Assembly: GCA_050949565.1 (NCBI GenBank)
Contig: JBMNFY010000017.1
Coordinates: 1,440,001 to 1,504,000, forward strand
Reading direction: 5' to 3'
Length of the DNA: 64,000 nucleotides
Origin: Kiritimatiellia bacterium
GTDB lineage: Bacteria; Verrucomicrobiota; Kiritimatiellia; RFP12; UBA1067
The notes beneath the pieces are model-generated. The model was not told where the DNA came from, ran no database searches, and was given only the letters and a program-made list of their open reading frames with translations. The first letter of the stretch is position 1, and each line of letters begins with the position of its first letter. This document shows, piece by piece, positions 1 to 8,045 of the stretch. Made by a program: the position numbers and the translations under genes.

Positions 1-21
1 ATATACCGCGATTTTTTCCAT
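1..21 (-). CDS. coaD: 5' end of probable phosphopantetheine adenylyltransferase (runs off window)
   Basis: Reverse complement reads ATG-GAA-AAA-ATC-GCG-GTA-TAT (MEKIAVY), with an AGGGAG RBS upstream, directly downstream of rsmD, the usual rsmD-coaD order; only 7 codons visible. Confidence 0.6.
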
Positions 22-46
22 ACGCTCCCTCTCTGTTACACGCCGG

Positions 47-616
47 TCATCCGGCGCTTTCCGTACCGTTCATCCGGTAGATCACCAGCCGTGTGCGGCC
101 GTAAGTCCGGTCGCGCCACAAAACCCAGCCCTCTACCTCTTCAGGCTGCCGCCTCACCGGCATTTCAGCGGCGAACAGCCCGTCCGCGCCCAACACCTGG
201 TTTTCGCGGATCAGCCGCATCACCCCGGCGAAGCCCTGATCGAGCCCGGCCACATACGGCGGATCGGCGAAAGCGATGGTGGCCTGCCGTCCGCGCCCGG
301 CACCTTTCAGCCAGCGCGACACGTCACTGCAGACCACCTCGCCCTCGCCCGGCATCAGCGCCGCGACGTTGGCCTTCAGCACGGCCACATTGCGCGGATC
401 CTGCTCGACCCACGTCACGTGACGCGCGCCGCGACTGTATGCCTCGATCCCTACCGCGCCCGAACCTGCGAACAGGTCAATGAACACGGCATCAGGGATC
501 ACCGTCATCAGCATCGCGAAAAGCGCCTCGCGCACACGGTCCTGAGTCGGCCGCACCTTGTCGCCCGGCGGAACCTTCAACTTCCGGCCGCACATCTCGC
601 CGCCTGAAATTCGCAT
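47..616 (-). CDS. rsmD: 16S rRNA m2G966 methyltransferase
   Basis: MRISGG..GRKL..P....RPT.DRVREALF, DLFAGSGAVGIEA.SRGA, DPPY and YG.T motifs; start moved to MRISGG. Confidence 0.92.
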   Translation of the reverse strand: MRISGGEMCGRKLKVPPGDKVRPTQDRVREALFAMLMTVIPDAVFIDLFAGSGAVGIEAYSRGARHVTWVEQDPRNVAVLKANVAALMPGEGEVVCSDVSRWLKGAGRGRQATIAFADPPYVAGLDQGFAGVMRLIRENQVLGADGLFAAEMPVRRQPEEVEGWVLWRDRTYGRTRLVIYRMNGTESAG

Positions 617-722
617 AGGGGGATAAGTATAGGGGATCGGGGCGCCTCGGCGCAACCCTCCAAGCGCGCGAGCACGCGGCGCTACCGGTGGCGGTGGTGG
701 CGGCGTGAACGCCGCCCACAGA

Positions 723-791
723 ACTGGAGGGTGCGGCTACGGGCGCTGCCAGGGCTGCCGGTGGCGGCTCGCGGGGACGCTCGCCCTCCAG
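723..791. repeat. REP-like imperfect inverted repeat (CTGGAGGG...GGCTCGCGGGGACGCTCGCCCTCCAG)
   Basis: Complementary ends actggaggg / ccctccagt, located just after the MFS stop codon. Confidence 0.45.
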
Positions 792-793
792 TG

Positions 794-2053
794 CTAAGTC
801 CCGATCATGCGCCAGGCCTCCGCGCCACGCGCAGGGCGCTTCCCAGGCAGGAGGGCAATGAGGACAGCGCCGGTGAGGGCGAGGACGATCAGGACGGAGA
901 AGCCGAGTGCATAGCTCTTCGTGGCTTCGTTGTACAACGCGCCGACCAGCATCGGGAAGGCTGATTCGGCCACGCCGTCTGCCACCAGGATGATCCCCAT
1001 GACACGGCCTAATGCGCGTACGCCGAAGAGGTCACCGGCCATCAGCGGGATGATCATGTAGTCGCCGCCCAAGCCGATGCCGAAGATCAGCGCGAAGAGG
1101 TAGATGCGTCCCGGGAAGGCCGGCATGAGCAACAGCGGGATGGCGCACGCCACGAGCATGTAAATCAGTATCATCACGCGTTTGCGGCTGAAACGGTCGG
1201 CCAGCCAGCCCATCAGCACGCGGCCGACAAGGCTCGACAGCAGGACGAGGGAGAGGATGCGTGCCGCGCCTTCTTGGGTAAAGGCTTGGTCGCGCAGATA
1301 GAGCTTCAGGTGCTGCATCACGCCGCCGACCGCGCCGATCGAGCACATGCTGCCGAATGCCAGCAGATAAAAAGCGGGTGAACGCAGGATCGCGCCGATC
1401 TCTCCCTTGGGGGCGGCCGGTGGCGGCGCGGGGGCGGCCGGTGGCGGCGCGGCATCGGGGCTCTTAAGGATGAGCGGCAGGGGAAGCGCCAGCAGGACGA
1501 TCAGTCCGCCCAGCGTGAGCAACGCGTAGTGCCAGCCCATGACGTGTTGCAGGCGCGCGGCCAACAACGGCACCAGCGCGCCGCCCGCGCCGATACCGAG
1601 ATAGGCGATGCCCATGGCTTTGCCACGGTTTTTTTCAAAGCGCCGCGCGATCAGCACTTGGCAGGGCAGCGGCCCGCCGCAGACGTACGCCAGCGCATTG
1701 AGGATATAGAAGAGGTAGAAGAGCGGCAGGGTGTCGGCCCTGCTCAGCCCTGCCAGCGCGAGACCGCCCATCAACGCGCCTGCCGCCATCATGCGCTGCG
1801 GCCCGAAGCGGTCGACCATCCATCCGGCGATAAAGCCGAACAGCGGGCCGACCAGCAGTTTGCCCAGCGCGTTACCGCTGGTCACGATGGCGCGTGACCA
1901 GCCGTATTCCCGGACCATGAAGTCATAGAAAAACGGTAGCCCGTACAGGGCGAACCCCACGAGTGCGAAGAGCGCCAGAAAAGCTGCTACTACAGTGAGT
2001 GCCTTCGAAGAGCGCCAGTTGGCGGTCGTGCGCGAGGGTGTGTTTGTCGTCAT
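794..2053 (-). CDS. MFS transporter
   Basis: About 12 hydrophobic segments; motif A twice (GWMVDRFGPQR, GWLADRFSRKR). Confidence 0.9.
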   Translation of the reverse strand: MTTNTPSRTTANWRSSKALTVVAAFLALFALVGFALYGLPFFYDFMVREYGWSRAIVTSGNALGKLLVGPLFGFIAGWMVDRFGPQRMMAAGALMGGLALAGLSRADTLPLFYLFYILNALAYVCGGPLPCQVLIARRFEKNRGKAMGIAYLGIGAGGALVPLLAARLQHVMGWHYALLTLGGLIVLLALPLPLILKSPDAAPPPAAPAPPPAAPKGEIGAILRSPAFYLLAFGSMCSIGAVGGVMQHLKLYLRDQAFTQEGAARILSLVLLSSLVGRVLMGWLADRFSRKRVMILIYMLVACAIPLLLMPAFPGRIYLFALIFGIGLGGDYMIIPLMAGDLFGVRALGRVMGIILVADGVAESAFPMLVGALYNEATKSYALGFSVLIVLALTGAVLIALLPGKRPARGAEAWRMIGT

Positions 2054-2089
2054 GGCTTCAAGGTCCGGGGGCTAAATGGTTAACAGTGG

Positions 2090-2166
2090 GAGCACTTGCA
2101 AAACCCTCGGATCACGGGCAAGATGCCCGTGCCACATCTGCAGGCCAAGAGTTTTGCAAGGAGCTC
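2090..2166. repeat. Mini inverted-repeat element containing a REP-like hairpin
   Basis: Ends gagcacttgcaaaac / gttttgcaaggagctc flank cacgggcaagatgcccgtgccac, which recurs at about 40062. Confidence 0.55.
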
Positions 2167-2172
2167 ATCGAA

Positions 2173-4350
2173 TTACTTGACCAGCACGGTCAGACGGCGG
2201 ACCTCGTATTGGCCGCCGTTACCCATGAAGGTGTAGTCAGGATGCTCACCGGCGGTGTTGTTGCCGATACCGATATCGCAAGCTGCGCCGCCGTTGAAGT
2301 TGTTGTACGCGAAGAGCGTCATCCTGTTCTTCCAACTGTGGACCTGCATGCAGCCGTAGCTGCCGTCGGCGGCGGGCTTATCGTCGAAGTCATACTTGGA
2401 GCCGTTCGCGCCGGGCAGGTTCAGGCCGTTCGGATTGCCGTAATTCACCGGCCAGAACTCGATGTTGCCGCCGTCCGAGTTGTCCAGCGTGGGGATGCCC
2501 TCGATGTTGGAACGCACCGTCAGGTTGGCGACCTTGGTCTGGTGGTGGATGCCGCTGCGGGCGTGCGGGATGCCCAGTTTCTTGGCGTCTTTCGTGAAGG
2601 CGTCCATGACCGTGCAGACGTAGCGGATGCTCTCGGCCTGCTGAAGCTGGAGCACGTACGCCACGCGCGTGAAGGCGCCTGCGGTGCCGCTGGCGTCGAC
2701 GGAGTACTTGGGCGGCGTCGCACCGAAGTTGCCGTTGAGCGGCAGGTCGATTTCGTAAACTTTGCGGAAGCCCTGAAGCTCGGACATGCCTAGTGCACCG
2801 TCCAGTTTGGGCTTGTTGCCGCAGCGGAACGCGCCGGCGGGCAGGCCCAGACCGTTGACGAGGTTGGGCTCGGCGAGCTGGTCCCAGGCGAAGCGCATCG
2901 CCATCGGCGCGGTGATGCCGGAGGCGGAGAGCACAACGCTGTTGCCTTCGATCACGGCGTCGGCCTTGCGATAGAGTCCGTCCTGGCCGCAGAGTTCGAA
3001 CCAGGTCGGCGGCTTGCCGTCACGCGTCTTCAGCCCGTCGGCATGGTCAAACGTAACACGCATCTTCGCGCCTTCGATGGCGAAGGATTTGTAGACCGGT
3101 CCTTCCCAGCGGATATCCTTCATGCCGTAAGTGCGGTTGAGCGCCTGGTTGGCCATGCGCAGACCCACATCCTGCTTATTGCGCGGATGGATGTCCTTGA
3201 TGTTGCCGATATCGTTGATCACGGTATAGCCGGTGTTGGGAATCGCCGCAGGCACGGCGGCCTGTGCCTCCCAGATACCGGGCAGGTGCGTGGCACGGGA
3301 TGCGCCGTAGTTGTAGGGCGCGAGTTGCACCAAGTAGTAAGGGAAGTCGCCTTGGCCCCACACCTTGCGCCAGCCGTTGACGAGCGCCTTGGTCTTCTCC
3401 AGATAGAGCATGCCCTCGCCGTTGTTGGAGCAGCCCTGATACCAGATTGCGCCTTTGATGGCGAAAGGCACGAGGCCCGCCATCATGCCGTTGTAAAGCA
3501 CTGTAGGCTCTTGGTGTCTACCCTGGGCGTTCGAGAACACCAGATGCTGCGGGAATCCGGGCGCTTCGCTGAGCGCCTGTCCGGCCGCACTCTTGGCTTT
3601 GGCGTCGGCGATCCACGTCTGCATGGCGGAGATATAATCGCTGAGCACTTTTGTGTGCAACTCGGTACCGGGAATGGCGGTATCGACCCGCGCCTTGATG
3701 GAGGCCAACGCAGGCAGTCCGTCAAAGCCGCACGGCGGCGTCCACGGCTCAATGCGTGTGCCGCCCCACGAGGAGTTGATGAGGCCCACCGGCACCTTGA
3801 GCACCTGATGCAGGCGGCGTCCGAAGAAGTAGGCCACGGCCGACTCATCGCTGATGCCTTCGGGCGTCGTCACTTCCCATGCGGCCTGAATGTTCTTTTC
3901 CGGCAGGGGCTTGAAGGCCTTGGGTGCCTTGAAGTGACGGATCATCGGGAAATTCGCGGCAGCGCGCTCTTGTTCGGCGTTGTCCACATTCGCCATGCGC
4001 CACTCCATGTTCGACTGTCCGGAACAGAACCAGACTTCGCCCACGACCACGTTGTTGAAGGTGACCGTGTTTGCACCGGAAACGGTGAAGGTCGCGGGAT
4101 CGGACGAGGCTTGCAGCGCCCTCAACGTCACGCGCCACGCGCCGTCTTTGCCGGCCTCGGTTTTCTGCGTCTGTCCCGCGAACGAAACCGTCACCTGCTC
4201 GCCCGGCGCGGCCCAGCCCCAGACTGGTACCGGTTGCCCGCGCTGCAAGACCATGTTGTGGTTAAAGATATTCGGCAAACTGACATCCGCCGAGACCACC
4301 CCGGCGAACAGTGCGGCACCGGCCGCTAAAACGAACCCCATCCGTTGCAT
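2173..4350 (-). CDS. Secreted sialate O-acetylesterase (SASA/SGNH) with extra C-terminal domain
   Basis: Signal peptide; LPNIF..NMVLQR, GEVWFCSGQSNM, WGGT.IE.W, WYQG, DIHP.NKQDVG motifs; about 200 extra aa at the C-terminus. Confidence 0.9.
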   Translation of the reverse strand: MQRMGFVLAAGAALFAGVVSADVSLPNIFNHNMVLQRGQPVPVWGWAAPGEQVTVSFAGQTQKTEAGKDGAWRVTLRALQASSDPATFTVSGANTVTFNNVVVGEVWFCSGQSNMEWRMANVDNAEQERAAANFPMIRHFKAPKAFKPLPEKNIQAAWEVTTPEGISDESAVAYFFGRRLHQVLKVPVGLINSSWGGTRIEPWTPPCGFDGLPALASIKARVDTAIPGTELHTKVLSDYISAMQTWIADAKAKSAAGQALSEAPGFPQHLVFSNAQGRHQEPTVLYNGMMAGLVPFAIKGAIWYQGCSNNGEGMLYLEKTKALVNGWRKVWGQGDFPYYLVQLAPYNYGASRATHLPGIWEAQAAVPAAIPNTGYTVINDIGNIKDIHPRNKQDVGLRMANQALNRTYGMKDIRWEGPVYKSFAIEGAKMRVTFDHADGLKTRDGKPPTWFELCGQDGLYRKADAVIEGNSVVLSASGITAPMAMRFAWDQLAEPNLVNGLGLPAGAFRCGNKPKLDGALGMSELQGFRKVYEIDLPLNGNFGATPPKYSVDASGTAGAFTRVAYVLQLQQAESIRYVCTVMDAFTKDAKKLGIPHARSGIHHQTKVANLTVRSNIEGIPTLDNSDGGNIEFWPVNYGNPNGLNLPGANGSKYDFDDKPAADGSYGCMQVHSWKNRMTLFAYNNFNGGAACDIGIGNNTAGEHPDYTFMGNGGQYEVRRLTVLVK

Positions 4351-4455
4351 CTTAACTCCTCTGTTGTGTCCTGCCCGGCCACGAGCCGGGCGTTTGTGTC
4401 AGACCGACGCGGGCTTTGCCCGCAACCCCTTTCGGTCTCACGTAAAAAACGCTGA

Positions 4456-5664
4456 TTACAAACGGCGCGAGCGCCAGTAAGCGGCGAGAAGATGCGCCGT
4501 ACGGCAGAGGCCCGCCCGTTCCAGCGGCTCCCTGAGCACGGCATCCTCGAGAAAGCGGCGGTACGGCTCGTCCGGACGGAATCCCGGCACCATCGACTGC
4601 GCCAGCAGCAACTCGCCGTCCCAGCACATGCCGTAGGGCCTGTACTTTGGGTCGAGTTGCGCCCGGACCTGCCGGTCACGGGCGAATCCGGCAAACACCT
4701 CCAAGGCCTCCTGGATACGGTCCCGGCGCTTCTGATTCTTCTCGTATGCGAGGATGGGATCGAAGGAGATCACGCACTGGAAAAGCGAATAGCACGGCAT
4801 CCGCCCCTGTATCTGATCCTGTGTCTTGTTCTTGAACCCGCCGTACTTGATCTTGAGCGTAATGTCGATCGCCTCGTCGATGTATTTCTCGTACAGTTCC
4901 TTCCAGTGCGGATCGTCGGTCGCCATGAAAGCCGCAACATAGATCATCGGCAGACGCGCCGCCTCGTGCGGCCACACTTCCGGCCCCCACATCGTGCAGA
5001 TGGTGCGGTAGTCGGGCTTGGAATAATCGTCCGCGTACCCGAAGTTCCACTGGTTCTCCGCAGTGATGCGCTCCTCCATGAACTTCGCCACCTCGACGAT
5101 TTGCTCCTGATAGCCCTTGACGATCTCAGGATCGGCCATCGACGAATTGCAGTAACGCCAGAGTCCATGCACCCAGTGCGTGTACTGGTCGCGGCTCGAG
5201 AGCGACACCGTCGTCTTGCCGTCATTGCAGAAGCCGCGGCAGACGAACCCCTTGTAGCCGTGGAGGATCGCGAGATTCAATACACCTTTCGCGAGCTTGG
5301 CGGCGTCAGCCTTGACCGCCGGATCGTGTGTGACGTCCCATTTGTCAACGAGTCCGGAAAGCGCGGTCCCGCAGATGAGCGGCGCGTCTCCCACGCCGGG
5401 CGGCCCCCATCCGCCCGGGCGTTTGTCGTACATCGGATAGAGATTGTTCTTCGCGTCCGGCGGCGGCGGTGACTTCGATTTGTCCCTCACCCCCGTGACG
5501 AGCGACGTCACCGGATCCCAGGTCTCCATCATTTTCGCCCAGCCCCGGTCGCAGGCGGCTCTGAGCTGCGCATCGGGAACCGGCTCGCGCGCAGGCTGGG
5601 CTGACGGTTCTCCGTACGCAGCGAGGACAACACACAAAAAAGCACCTACTGTAAGCCTCTTCAT
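4456..5664 (-). CDS. Secreted hypothetical protein, possibly a helical-barrel carbohydrate enzyme
   Basis: Signal-peptide-like N-terminus, ~400-aa ORF, co-oriented between GH92 and the esterase; family not recognised. Confidence 0.6.
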   Translation of the reverse strand: MKRLTVGAFLCVVLAAYGEPSAQPAREPVPDAQLRAACDRGWAKMMETWDPVTSLVTGVRDKSKSPPPPDAKNNLYPMYDKRPGGWGPPGVGDAPLICGTALSGLVDKWDVTHDPAVKADAAKLAKGVLNLAILHGYKGFVCRGFCNDGKTTVSLSSRDQYTHWVHGLWRYCNSSMADPEIVKGYQEQIVEVAKFMEERITAENQWNFGYADDYSKPDYRTICTMWGPEVWPHEAARLPMIYVAAFMATDDPHWKELYEKYIDEAIDITLKIKYGGFKNKTQDQIQGRMPCYSLFQCVISFDPILAYEKNQKRRDRIQEALEVFAGFARDRQVRAQLDPKYRPYGMCWDGELLLAQSMVPGFRPDEPYRRFLEDAVLREPLERAGLCRTAHLLAAYWRSRRL

Positions 5665-5687
5665 ACTTCTGCACCCAAACTGAAACG

Positions 5688-7883
5688 TCACCGGCGAGCC
5701 GCCGCGCCCATCTCAAAGACCAGCGTCCCGCCCTTCATGATGTCTGCGTGCGAGAGCTTCATGCCCGGGAATGGCTTGCCGTTGAGCGTGATGCTCTGCA
5801 CGTATTTGTTCTCCTGCGAAAGGTTCCGCGCTTCGACCGTGAAGGTGCGGCCGCGCGGCAGGCGCAACGCGATCTTGCTGATCTGCGGCGCGCCGAACAC
5901 GTAGCCGTCGTTGCACGGGTTGAAGGGATAAAATCCCATCGCGGAAAAGATATACCAAGCAGACATCTGGCCGCAATCATCATTACCGCACAGACCGTCG
6001 GGCTTGTTCTTGTACTGCGTATCGAAAATCTCGCGGATCAGCTCCTGCGTGCGCCACGGCTGGCCTGCGTAATTGAAAAGGTAGGCCGTGTGGTGGCTGG
6101 GCTCGTTGCCGTGCGCGTACTGGCCGATCAGGCCGGTGACATCGAGCACAAAGCCCGCGCCTTCGGTCTTGGTCGGGAGCGTGAAGAGCGTATTGAGTTT
6201 GGCGGCGGTGGCGGCCTTGCCGCCCATGAGCGTGACCAGCCCTTCGGGATCGTGCTGCACATGCCAGGTGTACTGCCAGGCGTTGCCCTCGGTGTAGTCA
6301 TAGCCGCTGTGCTCGCCGTGGTTCAGCTTCATCGGATCGAACGGCGTGCGCCAGTTGCCCTTGGAGTCGCGGCCGCGCATGAAGCCGGTTTCCGGGCAGA
6401 AGAGGTTTTTGTAGAACCCCGCCCGCTTGGAGAAAGTTTCCGCGTCGTCGTATTTATCCAGCGCCTTGGCGAACTGCGCGGCGCAATAGTCGTCGTAGGC
6501 ATACTCCAGCGTGCGCGAGACGCTCTCGCCCTTGATGATGTCGAACGGCAGATAGCCGTAGCGCGTGTAGACATCCCAGTCCGACTTGGGGTGATTGACC
6601 GTGAGCGATGTCTTGACGGCGTCGAACGCGGCCTCGGCGTTGAAGCCGCGGAAGCCCTTGAGATAGGCGTCGGCGATGACCGGTATCGAGTGGTTGCCGA
6701 TCATGCAGTGGTTCTCCTTGCCCCACAACGTCCAGATCGGCAGATAGCCCTGTGCCTTGTGGTGCGCGATCATGGTTTTGACAAAGCCGTTCACGCGCTC
6801 GGGTGCCAGAATCGTGTAGAGCGGGTGCGCCGCGCGGTAGGTGTCCCAGAGCGAGAGCGTCGAGTAGTAGGTCTTGTCCGGCGCGGTCAGTACTTTGTCG
6901 TCTGCGCCGCGATAGCGTCCGTCCACATCTGTGATATTGTTCGGCTGGATGAACAGGTGGTACATCGCAGTGTAGAAGTTCTCCTTTTGATCGAGCGTCC
7001 CTTCGATCTTGGCGCGAGAGAGCAGGGCGTTCCACGCTGTTTTGGTCTGAGCGCGTACCTTCGTGAAGTTCCAATGCGGGATCTCGGCGGCCAGATTCTT
7101 TTTGGCTCCATCGACGCTGACCGTCGAGAGCGCCACCTTGACCTGCAAGGTCTCGCCGGGCTTGAGGTCGAAGTCCAGCACATAGCGCGGAGCCTTCTCG
7201 CCCTTCTGCGCCGGGAGCTGGCGGATTGCGGCGTAGGGTTTGTCGAACTTGATGACATAGAAGTAGTGGCGCTTGACCCATGCTTGAGCCTGGTTGTGGC
7301 CGCTGATCGTCATGGCGTCTTCGACCGTCACGTCGCTGGCCAGAATGTGCGTGCGCAGCGCATCCTTGCCGCTGACGATGCCGTACTGCAAATCGACCAG
7401 CAGACGTGCGGGCGCGGCGTCCTTGAAGGTGTAGCGGTGGAAGGCCACGCGCGGCGAGGCGGTCAGCTCGACATCCACGCCGAAGTCATCCAAGGTCACT
7501 GCATAGTAGCCGGGCTTGGCCTGCTGCGTCTCCTTGCGGTAGCGGCTGTGATAATTCTCGCGTTCGATCGGTCCTGTGAACGGCTGGAGCTGGATGTCGC
7601 CGAGGTCGGGGCAACCCGTTCCGTTGAGGTGGGTCTGCGAGAATCCCCAGATTTTCTCGTCAAGGTACATGTAGCCGGAACAGTAGGCCCAGGTGCAGTT
7701 ACCGGTATCGGGGCTGGGCTGCACCAGTCCGAACGGGAAGCAGGCACCGGGGAAGGTGTGGCCGTTGTCGGCCGCGCCGATAAAGGGGTTCACGTACTGC
7801 GTGAGATCCCGCTCCGAACTACGGAAGGGGCAGGTGCATCCGGCGATCAGCGCCAGAAGCAAAAGACCAGTGATTTTTTTCAT
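5688..7883 (-). CDS. GH92 alpha-1,2-mannosidase family lipoprotein
   Basis: Lipobox IAGC; YVNPFIG, TFPGA..PFG.VQ.SPDT, FSQTHLNGTGC, EGNAWQY, HGNEPSHH, GNDDCGQMSAW. Confidence 0.95.
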   Translation of the reverse strand: MKKITGLLLLALIAGCTCPFRSSERDLTQYVNPFIGAADNGHTFPGACFPFGLVQPSPDTGNCTWAYCSGYMYLDEKIWGFSQTHLNGTGCPDLGDIQLQPFTGPIERENYHSRYRKETQQAKPGYYAVTLDDFGVDVELTASPRVAFHRYTFKDAAPARLLVDLQYGIVSGKDALRTHILASDVTVEDAMTISGHNQAQAWVKRHYFYVIKFDKPYAAIRQLPAQKGEKAPRYVLDFDLKPGETLQVKVALSTVSVDGAKKNLAAEIPHWNFTKVRAQTKTAWNALLSRAKIEGTLDQKENFYTAMYHLFIQPNNITDVDGRYRGADDKVLTAPDKTYYSTLSLWDTYRAAHPLYTILAPERVNGFVKTMIAHHKAQGYLPIWTLWGKENHCMIGNHSIPVIADAYLKGFRGFNAEAAFDAVKTSLTVNHPKSDWDVYTRYGYLPFDIIKGESVSRTLEYAYDDYCAAQFAKALDKYDDAETFSKRAGFYKNLFCPETGFMRGRDSKGNWRTPFDPMKLNHGEHSGYDYTEGNAWQYTWHVQHDPEGLVTLMGGKAATAAKLNTLFTLPTKTEGAGFVLDVTGLIGQYAHGNEPSHHTAYLFNYAGQPWRTQELIREIFDTQYKNKPDGLCGNDDCGQMSAWYIFSAMGFYPFNPCNDGYVFGAPQISKIALRLPRGRTFTVEARNLSQENKYVQSITLNGKPFPGMKLSHADIMKGGTLVFEMGAAARR

Positions 7884-8045
7884 AATGCGGGCCTTTCGGT
7901 ATAGGACACATATACTATAACAGGCAGAACCTACTCAAACAAGCCGGAGCGTGTTAGCGCATGAGTTTGTTTGGCGCTGCTCGGCTGCCAGGTTGCCGAC
8001 AGTGGCGGTGTAAACACCGCCCACAGGACTGGACCGCGCGCCGCC

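Noticed and set aside
5748-7904. Long antisense ORFs (also 3043-4329, 16586-18223, 23605-25179, 37835-39337, 49543-51369)
   Set aside because: Shadow frames opposite well-recognised genes, expected from GC-rich codon bias.
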